Source: Octopus sinensis (taxonomy: Eukaryota). From it: 64,000 nucleotides of DNA. The translations under genes were made by a program, and so were the position numbers. The DNA is taken from positions 148,428,001 to 148,492,000 of the forward strand of contig NC_042998.1 in NCBI RefSeq assembly GCF_006345805.1, written 5' to 3'. Below the pieces are notes generated by a model that had not been told where the DNA came from, made no database searches, and was given only the letters and a program-made list of their open reading frames with translations. This document shows, one piece after another, positions 11,701 to 28,050 of this stretch (position 1 is the first letter of the stretch; every line of letters begins with the position of its first letter).

Positions 11701-11764
11701 ACCTTTAACATGTTCGTTAAACTTGAGCCCTTTCTCCACTCTCTCTCTTTCTCGCGCTCTTTTG

Positions 11765-11804
<40 letters not shown>

Positions 11805-11949
11805 GTATATTCTTCTCTCACTTCAAGTGCTAGGCTCACACTGCTTTCCAATCATGGATCTCCAAATTTTGAAGGTTTATGAAGTTTTGGGGAGAGAGGT
11901 TTCCATTGTCATTACTCTGCTAGTTTCCTGCTTCGTGGGATGCCTTCCT

Positions 11950-12130
11950 TAGTCATTAGTATGTTGGACTCATGATCGTAAGATTGTGGTTTTGATTCCT
12001 GGACCGGGTAACTCAGTTGGCCAAAATGAGTAATCCTGCGACGGACAGGCGTCCCGTCCAGGAGGGGAATTTATACGCCATGAAACTTGGAAACTGGTCC
12101 TTATGACTCAGGAAGGTAGCTTTACCTTTT
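11950..12130 (+). mobile_element. tRNA-headed SINE of another family (diverged)
   Basis: Head with A/B-box-like tagtcattag ... ggttttgattcc, followed by aatcctgcgacggac.gcgtcccgtccagg core. Confidence 0.55.
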
Positions 12131-12469
12131 TCTCTTTCTTAGTTTCCTGCTTTCCAGACCTTTGGAACACAGTACCCATTTTATCTGTTGGTAGAGGGAC
12201 AGATAGATTTAGCATTAAAACACGTCCACACCGGTAGGTCTCTGTGACTCATGGCGAGGTGAAATCTCTCTCCCAAGGCGTGTATATCTTAACCATAGAG
12301 CCATCTTCTCGTATTTGACTGAGACACTGAACACTTGCTATCATCCCGAGTCAGAGAGAACTGAAACTCTTAAACCGTATGCAGCTCAATGTCTTGTTCA
12401 AGACATTATTTTGAGCATCCTCCATAATCTAGCTACCTAATCCTTGCTTTAAGAAATTGCTGTATTTCT

Positions 12470-12640
12470 CAAACAAGTAGTAGTAGTAGTAGTAGTAGTA
12501 AGTAGTAGTAGCAGCAGCAGTAATAGTATTTGCAGTAATACATTTAAAGAAGACAAAGAAGAAGGAGGAGGAGAAGAAGTAGAAGTAGAAGAAGAAGAAG
12601 AAGAAGAAGAAGAAGAAGAAGAATATGATGATGATGATAA

Positions 12641-12683
<43 letters not shown>

Positions 12684-13055
12684 CAGTGACGAAGACGTCG
12701 AAACAACGACAAATATGAGGAGGAAGAAAGAGAAGAAAGAGATGAAAAAGAAAAAAGTAAATGAAGAAGAAAAAGTAAATGAATAGAAAATGCTGGCGAT
12801 GTTGCTGCTGCTGGTTATGTAGAAAAAAAAGAAGCGGAGGAGGAGGAAGTGGAGGAAAATAAGGTGGAAATGATGATGATGATGATGATGATATAGTAGT
12901 GCAGTAGCTGTAGTAGTAAATATTGAAGAAGAAGAAGAAGAAGAAGAAAATAAGAAAGAAGAAGAATAAGAAGAAAAAGAAGAAGAATAAATAAGAAGAA
13001 AAGAAAAAGAAAGAAGAAACAAAAGAAGAAGAAAAAAGAAGAAGAAGAAGGAAAA

Positions 13056-13087
<32 letters not shown>

Positions 13088-13450
13088 AGAAGAAGGAGAA
13101 GAACAAAAAGAAGAAGAAGAAGAAGAAGAAGAAGAAGAAGAAGAAGAAGAAGACGAGGCAAAGAGAAGTGAAAGAAGAAACCTGAAGAAATGCGAAAACG
13201 CGTAAAACAGCAAACAAATCAAAGAACAAAAACGATCAAAATAGAAGAAAATAAAGAAAATTATAAATAAGTTAAAAAAATAACGAAATACAAGAAGAAG
13301 AAGAAGAAGAAGAAGAGGAAGAAAAAGAAGAAGAAGAAGAAGAAGAAGAAGAGAAGAAGAAGAAGAAAAAGAAGAAAAAGAAGAAAAAGAAGAAGAAGAA
13401 GAAGAAGAAGAAGAAGAAGAAGAAGAAGAAGAAGAAGAAGAAGAAGAAAT
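12470..13450. repeat. About 1-kb compound (TAG)n/(GAA)n/(GAT)n purine-rich tract
   Basis: Read directly; source of the poly-F/S/L ORFs. Confidence 0.95.
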
Positions 13451-14204
13451 AGCTTCGTTAAAGTAATGATGGCTTTTTATGTGTGATAACACATCTAAAG
13501 CAATGGGGGCGGTGGCGGCGAGGAGAAGTGGATCGGGGGAAGGAAGATTTCACTTTATATACACATCTAAAAGACGGTCGCCTGGAGACAGATCTTAAGT
13601 AAGTCGATAATTGCTTAGATCTTGGAGAATAATTAGTATTAAAAGTAGTAGCTTTATTATAATGTGTTTAAAAGTTGTGGAAGGCATTTTAATTAAATAC
13701 TTGAATAAGTAAAGCAGCGTTTTGGAGGGGCTGGTGGGTGGATATTGGAGTTGTGGGGAAGACAGGGAGAGAACAGGCGGGTATACATACACAAAGACTT
13801 CGGGTATACATATAGATGGGTGGACTGAAACAGGGACTTGTGTGTTTGTGTGTGTGTGTGTGTGTGTTTGTGTGTGTGTTGTGTGTGTGCTTGTGTATAT
13901 TTATGTATATGTGTGTTTGTAAATATAAATTCATATATAGTTACATATATGTGTGTGTGTATGTGTATACGTGTCTGTGTGTGTGTATATATATATATGT
14001 ATGTATGTATGTGTATACATGTGTGTGTGCGTGTGTATGTGTGTGTGTGAGGAGACAGAGAGATTGGCTGACAGATAAAATGACTGGAATGGTGGTATGA
14101 TGTAAAGAAAGACAAATCAATAAACTGACAGACAAGAAGCCAAATAGAGACAAGCTTGGAGAAAAAGAGACACAATAATATAGAAAAAGAGACACAATAA
14201 TATA

Positions 14205-14205
14205 A

Positions 14206-14289
<84 letters not shown>

Positions 14290-14400
14290 ATAGACAGATA
14301 GATAGATAGATAGATAGGTATGTAGAGAGAGATAGAGATAGATAGAGAGATGGAGATAGAGAGAGAGAGAGAGGGTGGGATAGATAGATATAAAGATAGT
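14205..14400. repeat. (GATA)n/(GA)n microsatellite
   Basis: Read directly. Confidence 0.95.
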
Positions 14401-14889
14401 CAGATAAATATAAAGAAAGCATTACTGGGCACCCTGATAGAAAAGTTGACTGGAGGATGAAATTATAGAGATACCGAAATAGAACGAAAGTGACAAAGGC
14501 AAAGAAACTGCCGCAAATACACACCTAGTTACATGTCCGTTCTCAATCCATACATATATGCCTACAGGTACGTTTGTACTCAAATCTATACACATACACC
14601 CATTTAAACACGCTTGTGCACAAATCTGTACTCGTACCTTATAACAAATGCACAACTATAGTATCGTCTGGTACCGTACCGATTATCATACTCGTGGTGT
14701 TTCTTCACTACTAGCACTCCTCAGTGGCAACCAGAGGCTGTAAGCTGCTATTTATGCTAATTTACAAGACCTAACAAAGTTTTAATTCGGAACCAGCTTC
14801 TGTTTCTATAATCATTAAAGTTTTCTGATGTTAGAAATTTATTCCAGTTTGTGAATTCGATTACTTGACCAATCAAAATGAATCGTTGA

Positions 14890-15100
<211 letters not shown>

Positions 15101-15184
15101 AAGCATTTTCTACTTTCTGATGTAGACACACGGCTGCTATTCTTTTGTAGTCCAACTTATTCTCATAATTATCAGCAGGAAACA

Positions 15185-15560
15185 TATTTCGGCGGCTAAC
15201 ATTGACCTATTCATTTGTTTTTCCAATTGTTCACACTTTACATCCAATCACTAATATTGGTTCAATATATTCATAATATTCGTTGACCTAAGGTTAGAGA
15301 CAAACTAATGTTGGTCGGAATATTCTTCATATTTTCGATAATCGTTTTAGATTGGTCTCTTCTACCGTTTATCTCTGTTTCTCAATTTATATCTGATGTA
15401 ATTGTAACCCCCAGATATTTGGTCTTCAGAACCTGCTACTGCTGCAGTTTATTATCATTCAACACTTGTTTCCATTGTCCTATCGTTTTTTTTTTTTCTT
15501 TCCAACATAACCAATGCTACTGTTTTCTTGTACTGGAAATAATATTTAACAGTAGGAAGC
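15185..15560 (-). pseudogene. Highly degenerate RTE-type LINE RT/thumb fragment
   Basis: Minus-strand translation KYLGVTITSDIN*ETEINGR...ENMKNIPTNISLSLTL resembles the RTE 'FKYLG' and thumb region. Confidence 0.55.
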
Positions 15561-16840
15561 CATCAAAAGATCTGGAGAAATGTCAGACCAAACAGAGTAT
15601 GGTTCATGAAACTGGATAATATTCTTCTCGTGCTACCCAAACCGTGCAAGTATATTTTCTAACGCAGCAAAGCTCAGGAAAAACGAATTAAGTGCATTTT
15701 ACTACAAACTGGAGTTCTCTGGAACTCATGAAAGTAACAGGAAGCCAGCCTAATAATGAAACATGAATGATATCGCGAAAGTTGGTTACGAAATATCCAA
15801 AGATATGGTTTAGCATAAGCAGAAAGAATAGCAGAGAAGAGTTATAGAGGGAGTAGTTATCACCATGGTGGTCGTAAAAAAACTGGTTTCGATAATATGA
15901 CTGATAAAAGAGTATAGATCGGAATGAATCCTGAGAACAACAGTAACGATTTCATTCTTATCAACAATGTTCCTTAGAATTACTGTAGGAGCAAACTTTA
16001 ATATTGATCCTTCTCTAGCCTTGGGGAAAGAATGAGTCGAACTGAAGAATTTGAAAATAACATGAAGAACCATAAAACGTAGACACTGATAGGGAAATTC
16101 ACCATTATGTCAAGGTAGATAGTAACACAATACACCCAGGTTAGCGAGAGCCAGTGAAAGAGATTAATAATGGAATTAATGTATGATAGATTAAAAGGGA
16201 AAGAAAGACAGTGGAACAGAAAGTCGATAACTGAGACACGAAAAACAATGATGACGAAAACAAAAGGAACTGAAAAAAACAAAAAAACAAAGGAATAATG
16301 GAAGTGAAATTGTTAAACAAGCACGAATAGGATTATAGGAAACAATACATGTATGGCAGATAAATGTAAAACAATGAAATAAGCCTGTCTAAACAATGAG
16401 TATGAGGAAATATATAATGAGGGATTAAATGTTATACAATAAAATATATAAGTATACTGTTCCGGGTAATTTTAATATAACGGTGTGGTTGTAAAAGAGA
16501 AAATTCTCGAAAGATTACTTCTGTTTCTATGACAAAAAAAATGGCAGATATGATTGAGTGGTTAAGAAATTCACTTGACAGCCACATGGTTTGGGGTTCA
16601 GGACGCTGCATGACACCTTGAGCAAGTGACTTCTATTATAACCCCCGGCAGATGGGAATTTATGTAGAAGGTCGTCACATGTATAAACGTTTATATAATT
16701 ATAGGTTTATTAATCAACACTATGTTCCATTACTATTGTAAACAATACGTCTATACAATATGTCTGTAGATAAAAAAGAAGGAACAGCTGGGTTTTGTAA
16801 ATCTAGTTTAGTTTTATCTTTAATATTTGGAAGTTCATTT

Positions 16841-17085
16841 AAGGCGGCGTGCTGGCAGAATCGTTAGCACACCGGTAAAAACGCTTTGCAGCATTTCGCT
16901 CGTTTTTACGTTCTGAGTTCAAATTTCTCCTAGGTCGACTTTGACTTTCATCCTTTCGGGATCGATAAAATAAGTACTAGTTGAACACTGGGGTCAATGA
17001 AATAAGTACTAGTGGGACACTGGGTCGATTTACTTGACTTAACCCCTCCCCCGAAGTTGCTGGCCTTGTGCCTAAATTTGAAACC
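16841..17085 (+). mobile_element. tRNA-derived SINE, family 2
   Basis: aaggcggcgtgctggcagaatcgttagc ... gttctgagttcaaatt ... gtcgactttgactttcatcctttcggg; further copies at 17511, 27825, 38085 and 63165-63915. Confidence 0.85.
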
Positions 17086-17510
17086 AATAATATGGGGTAT
17101 TTAGTACTGTACTTGTGGATAGTAAAAAAGGGTACACAGTTAGTGACAGATGAGTGAAAGTCAAAACCAAGTACTATTTTCTCTTCTTCTGTCCACGAAC
17201 ATAGTGTATAGATACCTTATTTACAATCGTCATGATACAAAGTGCTGGATACATGATGCACCATAAGAGCTTTCTGTACTTTACACGGCCATTATTGAAG
17301 CACTTGTAAAGTTAGACAGACAGTTACAGCTTCTTCATGTAGTTAAAATTTTTATCGTTTCCTTTTATTTAGTTACCACTATAGTTTGAACCGGTGCACA
17401 TCGTACATTTACTATTGAAACATTTATTAAGAATACTGTACCTGTTTTTTTTTTGTCTCTTTCTATCTCTCTCTTTTACATTATATACATATATATTATC
17501 CAAATAATCT

Positions 17511-17715
17511 ATCTTTTCTACTATAGGCACAAGGCCTGATATTTTGGCCAGTGAATTAGATCGACCCAGTACGCAACTGGTACTTAATTTATCGACCTTG
17601 AAAGGATAAAAAGCGAAGTTAACCACGGTGGAATTTGAACTCAGAATGTAGCGACGGGTGAAATACCGCTAAGCATGTCGTCCAGCGTGCTAACGGTTCT
17701 GCCAGCTCGCCGCCT
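17511..17715 (-). mobile_element. SINE family 2
   Basis: Reverse complement of the family-2 sequence (ends ctgccagctcgccgcctt). Confidence 0.85.
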
Positions 17716-18653
17716 TATATATAATCCACATAATAAGATAAAAAAATACTTTAACACATCTTTAATGATCACTAACAACTGTTTCTGTACCAACTCTGCT
17801 TGCAATACCAGTTTAGAGAAATTAGAAGTAAAAATTTACGCAATATTTGTAGGTTTATACATTAGAGTGCCACTTCATCAGGCTAGCATCAACGGTGCGC
17901 CCTTTCATTGTGCAGCTTCCAGACATTGTTTTTGCTTACATCAGAAGGAAACAAAAAGTAAGTAAAAGTATGGTTAGGGGAAGAATAATTAGTACAGAGA
18001 TCATGTGGGAAGGATGAAGAGGTAGAAAAAGAAAAGAAGATACACACACACACACACACACACAGACACATACATGCAGTAAAACATCCATAAACTAAAA
18101 ACCCCTACACAGGTATTATCCATAGCAGAACTAGAACCACTGGGAAGGAAATCACGCAAATACCAATTTATGATATGTAATGTATGGAACAAAACTGCTA
18201 AAAACTATGAAAGTAATAATTCCCTTGAACAAGTTTAACTGTTCAAGAACTAAAATTTCAAAAGAGGACAAAACACGAGAACAAAAGATGCAAATGGTTC
18301 ACAATCAACAACACAGAAATAATCAAGCACGTCGAACGTGTACATCTCATGTTCAGCTGTCTGACGAATATCATTATGATTTTGACACATTAGCAGTACC
18401 ATTCAATCCGTTGGTGTTGGTATATGACAAACATGCATACATATTACATGCATAACCTTTTGTCTGTTGCATGTATTAAACATGAGAATATATGAAGAAA
18501 TTACAAAAAAAGAAAACAAACTCCAAAACAAAATGATAATATTTACTCAACCATTAATTTCTTAAGCAGATATTTTACTTAACTTTCTGAGTCTACTGAA
18601 AATCTGTTCCAGAAATCTTCCCACTTATATTATATTTTATTTATGATGTGTGT

Positions 18654-18713
<60 letters not shown>

Positions 18714-19039
18714 CGTATGTGTGTGTGTGTGAGCGTGCGCGCGTGTGTGTATGTGTGCGTGCGTATTAGAGTGTATGCATGGAAGGTTGTGTATGTATGT
18801 CTGAGTATGTCTGTGTATGATTGCTGTGTACTCTATATGTGTATAATAAGCGAAATCTTATACATTTAAGTAACAATAAAAGATGAAGATTAAAAAATGG
18901 AAAAGAAATACAGGAAAACGATTAAAAATATGTATTGGCATAAGAAATCGAAATAAATAATAACATAAGAACTAGTAGACAACAGAACAGAGGGAAGTGA
19001 GACAATAGCAATTGAAGAAAAAGACAGGCATACACGATG

Positions 19040-19111
<72 letters not shown>

Positions 19112-20364
19112 AAGAGACAGAGAGACAGAGAGAAAAAGAGACAGAGAGACAGAGAAAGAAAGAGAGTAAGAAAGAGTGAAAGAGAGAGTGAAAGGGAGGT
19201 AGAGACAAAGATCCATTGTAGAACCGTAGTAAGAATGAAACATAATATGGAGGAACAAAAAAAAATAATGAGCGAGAAAGACTGGAAAATATGTGGAATA
19301 TGGATAGAAATGCAAGTAAGTTAAAGAGGTAGGTATCCAGATAGACAGACAGACATAAATACATAGCTAACCAGCTGAATGGACGATTAAGATAAAAAGA
19401 AAGACAAATAAATTGGTAGATAAACAGATAGAAAGGTAGACAGACAGGTAGATAAATTGATAAATCGCTAGACTAAGAGACAGAGAGACAAAAAGGAAAT
19501 AGAACGGTATGGCGATAAATAGGGCTGGAGAATAACTAGATTTGTAGGAAGGTAAACAGAAGTCTATGCTTGGTTTGTAAGGTCATGATAGGTAAGAAAA
19601 GGGACTCTCTCTCACTGGGACACGAATAAAAATAATCAATGACTGATTTTTTAAGTTATGTTCATTGAATAATTATTTCCACTAAGCTTCTTGATGTTCT
19701 CTGCATTAAACACGTAACTATTGCTTTTTCATGTAGATGGCGCATCTGAGTAACCCGTCTTCAAACTAATCTGTATACATTATTTTACATATATTTAATT
19801 CCTCACCTCATCACACCTTCACTACTTCGGCAAGCAAGGTGATGTTTATTCGTTGCTCATTTCATAAAAGATATCCGCAGTTTTCTCCCTCAGTTTCGAA
19901 ATGATAATTAAGATAAATCGTCATACGCATAGTGAACAACGAGAATCAAAATATGAATCAAAATTATGAATAATTCTTATTCATAATACTTTCCTATTAA
20001 TTCGAACGTGTGACTGGAGAAAACTTCTCTTTTATGACGAATATATGTTCCTGACACATTCGATTCATTAGCACACGGTATTCAGGGACAGTTAATGTCT
20101 CGGCATCGTTGAGTCTCGTTGGCCAGAATCAGCTCCGGACCAAAGAATCAAACAAGATTCTGATGCTGTCGTTTATAACTTCTGCGAACAAACTGTTCAC
20201 TGATTCGCATAAATAGTAAGTGACATTTTTTTCTCAATGCGTACATTTGTAGTTAGCTTGCATCAAATGTTAGAATAATTTAAGTCGTTCGGAGGTGGAC
20301 CGTTTCTCATCTTGGATGTGAATTCGCAAGCAACCTAACGAAATCTGTTTCAAACTCAGTCGCT

Positions 20365-20466
<102 letters not shown>

Positions 20467-21004
20467 ACATCTGTCTGTCTCTATCTTCGAATCCATAGCA
20501 GTGAAAATATCTTGTGTTCTGGGCCCTAAGACAAATCTCTCTTCAGTTTGATCGAAACATAGCTCTCTGTTTGTAAGAACAAGCCTACTGAATAGAATGG
20601 CTTTTATAACGCATCTCCATCAACATTCTTCAGGGTAACGCACGCGCCATTTTGTTTTTCGGGACTATGAAACATTTGTATCATTCATCGTAATATATTT
20701 TTCAATAAGTAATTATAGTCATTTGTTTCAATTTAATTCAGTCATTGTTTTTTTATGCAGATAGCGTTACTGAACAATTAATTCTCCTTATTACATAAAT
20801 GGAAATATAGTTAGTTGGATAGAGAGAGACATAGAGGCAGAAACAAGAAAATATCACATAGATACACAGCCATACAAGGCACTTAAGTAAATAGATAAAC
20901 AGACAGACGGATAGATAGGCAGACAAACAGAGAAATAGATTGGTAGATAGATAGATAGATAGCTAGCTAGCTAGCTAGCTAGCTAGATAGATAGATAGAT
21001 AGAC

Positions 21005-21079
<75 letters not shown>

Positions 21080-21166
21080 CAGATAGATATTTAACAGACA
21101 GATAGATGTACAGGTAGATAGACAGGTACACAGTCGGGTTACTGAAGACAGACTGATAGTATCTTC

Positions 21167-21700
<534 letters not shown>

Positions 21701-22857
21701 AAGAAGATTTTCAAGAATATTTTGGGATGTAGACTGATGTACAGATATATTTGAGCGCACACGTGTGTGTGTGAATGTGCGTTTCCGTGCGTGTGTGTGT
21801 GTGTGTGAACTGTGAATTATGGCGAAGGTATGTGAGATGCTCAATACATGTTGTACAGTATGTGGTGTATTGTAACTGAACGATTACTACACGACTTGAA
21901 TTCCCCACCATTACGATATTCTCGTCTGACGACTGACGTGACGTGAAACTCGAGCAGTAAAGTAAACATTCAATATTTCTAAGTACATCGCTAGCGCCGC
22001 AGTTTCTGCTATATCCAGCTGCATGGTATCCATCATTGACAGGGCCAAATTAAGCCGAAATCACGTGATCTGGTAGTCCAAACAGAGGAAGTAGCAGTGA
22101 TTGTCTGCCAATAGTGAAAGCTATAATGTGTTTTTATGCACTATTTGTGTGTTCTAATGCAACATCCACTTTTAAGTGATGAATACACACACACACACAG
22201 ACACACACACACACACAGACACACACACACGCTCGCAGACACACAACACGCATACATAGGGTAGGGTGTGGGTGTGCGCGTATGTTTGTGTGCCGGTTTC
22301 TATTTGTACCTCTTTTAACTACTTCTGGAAAAACTGAAAAAAACAATACATCTACAAATGGACAATTTTTCCAGCCACTTTCTGACGCTTCATAAAAAGA
22401 GAACCTATTCAATATACTGTGCTCGAAAAATAAAACGAGAAGACTCCTTTAGACTGGAGTCATGAAGCCGAAAAAATCTAGTGACTTTATACATCGGCGA
22501 TAGTTATTAATGACGTTCAGAACATTCTATAAGTTCGTTCAATGGGAGGAAAGTTGTATTACAGCGTTTCAGAAAATTTATTTCTTCAATGTAGTAATGA
22601 TGAATATTGCCGTGGAAATAGGAATATGAAAAATTCTATAGTATCAGCCTATATTAAGCTCTCGTCAGTATTCGTTGAAGTCTCGTAGCTGCGACGCTGA
22701 AAAGAAACAGTTCATAGATACATCGAAAATACTTCTTACGTAACTTACAAGAACCATTTATAAGAAACCCACAACACATGGTACAATAGACAAAGCCTCT
22801 TTAAACACGTGCACATACATACATAAAACTAAACACGGAGACACACATACACATACG

Positions 22858-22933
<76 letters not shown>

Positions 22934-23576
22934 ATGAACATTTTTTTAAATGCCATACGTAATATGCAACGATTAAATTATGAAAACTACTTTCCAGGCG
23001 CCTTTTCAAATTTTTATACCGGTAACAATGAAATTACATTGGTTTATATTCAATTATAAATCCTACTCTCTCTTTCACTTTCTTTCCTCCTAAATTTGTT
23101 TCTTTTCTTCTGCCTTTTTTCTTTCTTGAAAGTTTCTTCTTCCACCGTCCATTGCATATTTTAGACTTCTTCAGTGATTTTTCTTACCATTTTAAAAAAA
23201 ATATTTTCCTAAGTAAATTTTCTTCTTGTATTAAACTACTTCTTTCTATCGATCATTCTTTCTTTATTCGTTTTTTGATTATTTTCTTTTATTTCTTCCT
23301 TCTTTGTTGCATAGCTCCATTATTATTATCATCATCATCATCATCATCATCATTATTATTATTATTGATTTTTAAAATTCAACTAATTCTAATTTCAAAT
23401 CAAATCACCAATCTTACTGTTTAATACAAAATATGTTGACTAAAGAATAAAGAAAAATATTTTAATTCAATAAATGTACATACATATTGTATATGTGTGT
23501 AGGTATGTATATATATATACGCATACATACACACACATGTGTGTATGTATGTAATTACGTACGTACGAACATAAGA

Positions 23577-23625
<49 letters not shown>

Positions 23626-24143
23626 TGTATGTATACTATAATATCTAATATAGATAAGAAAGCAAATATATAAAAATATAGATATGTAAAATATTTGGAT
23701 GCCTTTATAAATCAGTGTACATAAATACATGTGACCACATGCACAAATATGCATAAATATGGATATGTATGTATGTATAAATATGTGTGTGCATATATTA
23801 TATATATATATATATACACACATATGAGTATATATATATATATGTATATATATATGAGGTGCATATGCGTATGAATATATATATATATATAATATATATG
23901 TATGTATATATTTATATATATATGTATATATTTATATATATATATATGTATATATGTATGTGTGTGAGTGTGTACATTTACAATTACATAAGTAAATATA
24001 CATACTCGGACATATATTCACATACACACATACAAGCATACACATATATAGACATGAATATATGCATGTAAGCAGTAACAAATCACACATAACATTGTGT
24101 AAATAACAAATATTCATTTAGAGAGAAAGAGAGACAGATAAAC

Positions 24144-24207
<64 letters not shown>

Positions 24208-25302
24208 AGATGAGAAGACAAAAGAGAAAGATGTGGGGAAAGATAGGTACCCGCTTTAAAGCTTTGAGCGAGTTTCCTTCCGGAAGAGAAGAACAATATT
24301 TGTGTGTGTGTGTGTGTGTGTGTGCAATTATTTTTTTTATACATTCTTGTATGTATGGTATGTGTTGGCGTGATTGTGTATGTATGCACGATTCTAAATG
24401 CTTGCTTGACTGAGAATAAACAGCAATATATTTATCAAAAGGTCAGAGAAATAGATTAAACAGTAAACTATTCCAAGTAGCTTCCTGTTCTCTGTGTATT
24501 GTGAAACGCGACAAAATCAAAGCCACTCATCATTTCTTTATCGTCGCCATTTTAACAGCAATATATGCAGCTAGTTTCCAAATATATTTTTCTACATGGT
24601 TTCTACAATAAGGTTTTACCGCCACATTTTGTTTTGTCTTTCCTCTCAGCGCCATTTTGTTTACATCGCTTCTCATTTTCTTATGCAGTTTTTCCTTTTA
24701 TTTATGTTTTCATTATCTATTTTGTTTGTTCTTTGTTGATTTCAGTCTTGTTTATTACTTAAATCGGTTACATTCTTCGCTCGCTTCCTTTTGCAAGAAT
24801 CCACCATGCACTGTTTGAACTGTATCGCAATCTGAAGAAGACTTCAGAGGTTACAATGTAAATAACAATTTTATTGTTATCGTCAAAGCAACAACAAACG
24901 AACCTCAAACTCCACCAACAACAGCACTAACAACAACAGTGGCAACTACAAAGATTATCGCCAATAAAACAATAGAATCTCTTTCTTTTCTTTTGCCATC
25001 TTCAGAACATTTCTTTTACACGGCTACGCGCCTCTAAACTTGATTCCATTTCTCTCTCTCCTCATTCCGTCAATTTTCTCTCTTTATCTCTATTGCCACT
25101 CTTTCAGCGCTATATATATATATATATATATATATATAAGTTATATACATATGAATCTAAATGCATATACAGATAGTCATACATACACCTACATACATAC
25201 TTAGTCATGCACACACATTCACAGTAAGCATACAGACTCATACATATGTGTGTAAACATATACGTATGTATATATATATAATATATATATATATATATAA
25301 TA

Positions 25303-25340
<38 letters not shown>

Positions 25341-25354
25341 TATATATAATATAT

Positions 25355-25388
<34 letters not shown>

Positions 25389-26004
25389 ACCATATATATT
25401 TACAGATATATACGTATACATATACATACATGCACACACACACATATATAAATTTACATACATTCACGTACACAAATACACGCACACACACAAAAACACA
25501 CATATATATGTAACGGCATGATGAAAAAAGAGTAGGTTATGTGCACTATGTGCTATCTGCAACAAAGACAGAACTCAAAGGAATTATAGAGAAATCGTTA
25601 TTGTCAGTAGGGGAATGTTAGTTTAAGCTTCACAGTAACTAACAGTTTCATCGGTGCTGAGTATTCTCAGGCTGTGAAACTTCAAGAAACTCAGGTGGGA
25701 CCTATAGAAAAACAAACAAACTTAGAGGGATATGTTATCTGAGTGATAGTGCCTTTGTTAAGATAATCTGTCTGCAGTTGGTGTTTTTGTATGTATTGTT
25801 GTAGCGTATGTGCGTGCGTTGGTGGGTGTGATAATATAAATTTTAGGGGTGAATATTAGTTCTTTTCGATATAGGGTCATGAGAAAATAAAGCCAAATAA
25901 ATTTAGAGTTCATATTCACAAGTTATGGGAAGCAGAAGGCTAAGTTGAATGCCAGAATTGCAGATGCTGGCACAGTATTCAATCCTCAGAAAAGTTGAGG
26001 TCTG

Positions 26005-26460
26005 TTAAAAAAAACTTACTTTTTCCGGGTCCGTACCAAAGCTCACCTACGGTCATGAATGTTGGGTACTGACCGACAGAGTACAATTGCGAATTTAAGT
26101 GGCCGAAATGGAGTTCTCATGAAGGATATCTGGAGTAACGTAACTCAATAGACTGCGCATCTAAGAGATTAAGGTGTCCCTCAATGTCCAACAAATACTT
26201 CCCCATTTTGAGAAGTCATAGCTTCGGCACTACGGATATGTGATTAGAGTGCCACAGGATAGAATCGTATGACAGATTCTTCAAATCGACAGGTGACCTT
26301 GAAATAGACCAAGAGTGAGATGGTTGAATAATATCTATAGTCTCAGCTGGTCACGCTTGGGAATCCAGCAGGAAGGTGTAACGATAGGACCCTACGGAGG
26401 AAGTACCTGAGGATTCTTCATTCACGACCCTACCAGGAATAGTGGACAGAGAAGTCGTAT
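26005..26460 (+). pseudogene. RTE (Expander/Rex3-like) LINE 3' coding fragment
   Basis: Translation PKLTYGHECWVLTDRV...AEMEF...LRHYGYVIRVPQDRI...RPRVRWLNNIYSLSWSRLGI, with many stops. Confidence 0.7.
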
Positions 26461-26689
26461 GGATGGATTATTCAAGATGGCAGCTCAATATGTTGGTGTG
26501 GCGGTAATTAAGAAAATAATCATACTTGTTTGTGAGTTTAGGACTAACATCAGGAGTTATAGTTTATTGGTGTAGCCGCGTTGGTGTGTAGCTGTTTGGT
26601 GGTATAATTATATTGGATAGAGTGGTTGTTAAAGATGAGAGCATCTCGATTAAATATTTATTTATTTTGTGTGTGAATTTGTATATCTA

Positions 26690-26830
<141 letters not shown>

Positions 26831-27077
26831 CTGTCTGTCTGTCTGTCTGTCAATCTATATCTCTCTTCCACCTCTAACTCTCTCACTCTCGCTTTATATA
26901 TCTATATGCATGAGTATGTCAGTAAAAGTAGAATTAACATGGAGGCTATCTCAACATATAATCATTATATATATACTTACACGCATACACACATATATTT
27001 ATGTGTGTATATATACATACATATATATATATTATATATATATATATATATAATATATAATATATATATATATATAT

Positions 27078-27186
<109 letters not shown>

Positions 27187-27824
27187 TTATATATATATAT
27201 ATATATATGTATGTATATACATATATGTTTATGTATGTATATGCACATTTATGATAAGCTCACTCCCCCACACGTATATACACACATACACACAGAGAAA
27301 TACTTATGACAATATAGCATCCTGTTATAACATATCCCAGAACTATGCGTATGTTGGCAGTCATACATGCATTCATGAATATATGACTGTTCATGTGCTG
27401 TTGTGCAAGCATTTCCGCTTGATTATATTTTTATTAGAAAATCTTACACGAAATGTTTGTCTAAGCAAAAACATGAACGAAATGCAGCAATAACAACAAC
27501 AAACAAACAAATATGTTGTCAGTAGCAATAGCTTGATGGCAATCACACAAGATAGCGATAACAAATAAATAATACTAATGAATAAAAATAAATATATAGA
27601 TAGATAGATAAAAAATACCGCTTTGCCAATGATGGCAAGAATAACAGCTCCAATATCTTTGTCAATCACTGGATATAATAAGGAAGAACTTTTAAAACTC
27701 CTGAAAATATCTTTTACGCCCTCATTGACTTTTTTATTTTTCGCAACATCTTGGCCAATGAAATGAATCGTTATATATGTTCGTATGGAGAGAAAACAAA
27801 ATGTCAATATCGTTAAGACATTTA

Positions 27825-28050
27825 CTGGGACGGCGAGCTGGCAGAACCGTTATTGTGTCGGACAAAATGATTAGCGACATTTCTTCCAGCTCTTTACGTT
27901 CTGAGTTCAAATTCCGCTGAGGTTGTATTTACATTTCATCCTCACTGGATCAATAAAATAAGTACTATTTCAGTACGGCCGTCGATATAACGGACTTGCT
28001 TCTCGCCTCAAAATGCCTAGTCTTGTGTCAAAATTTGAAACAATTATTAT
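27825..28050 (+). mobile_element. SINE family 2
   Basis: ggcgagctggcagaaccgtta ... gttctgagttcaaattccgctgagg. Confidence 0.8.
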
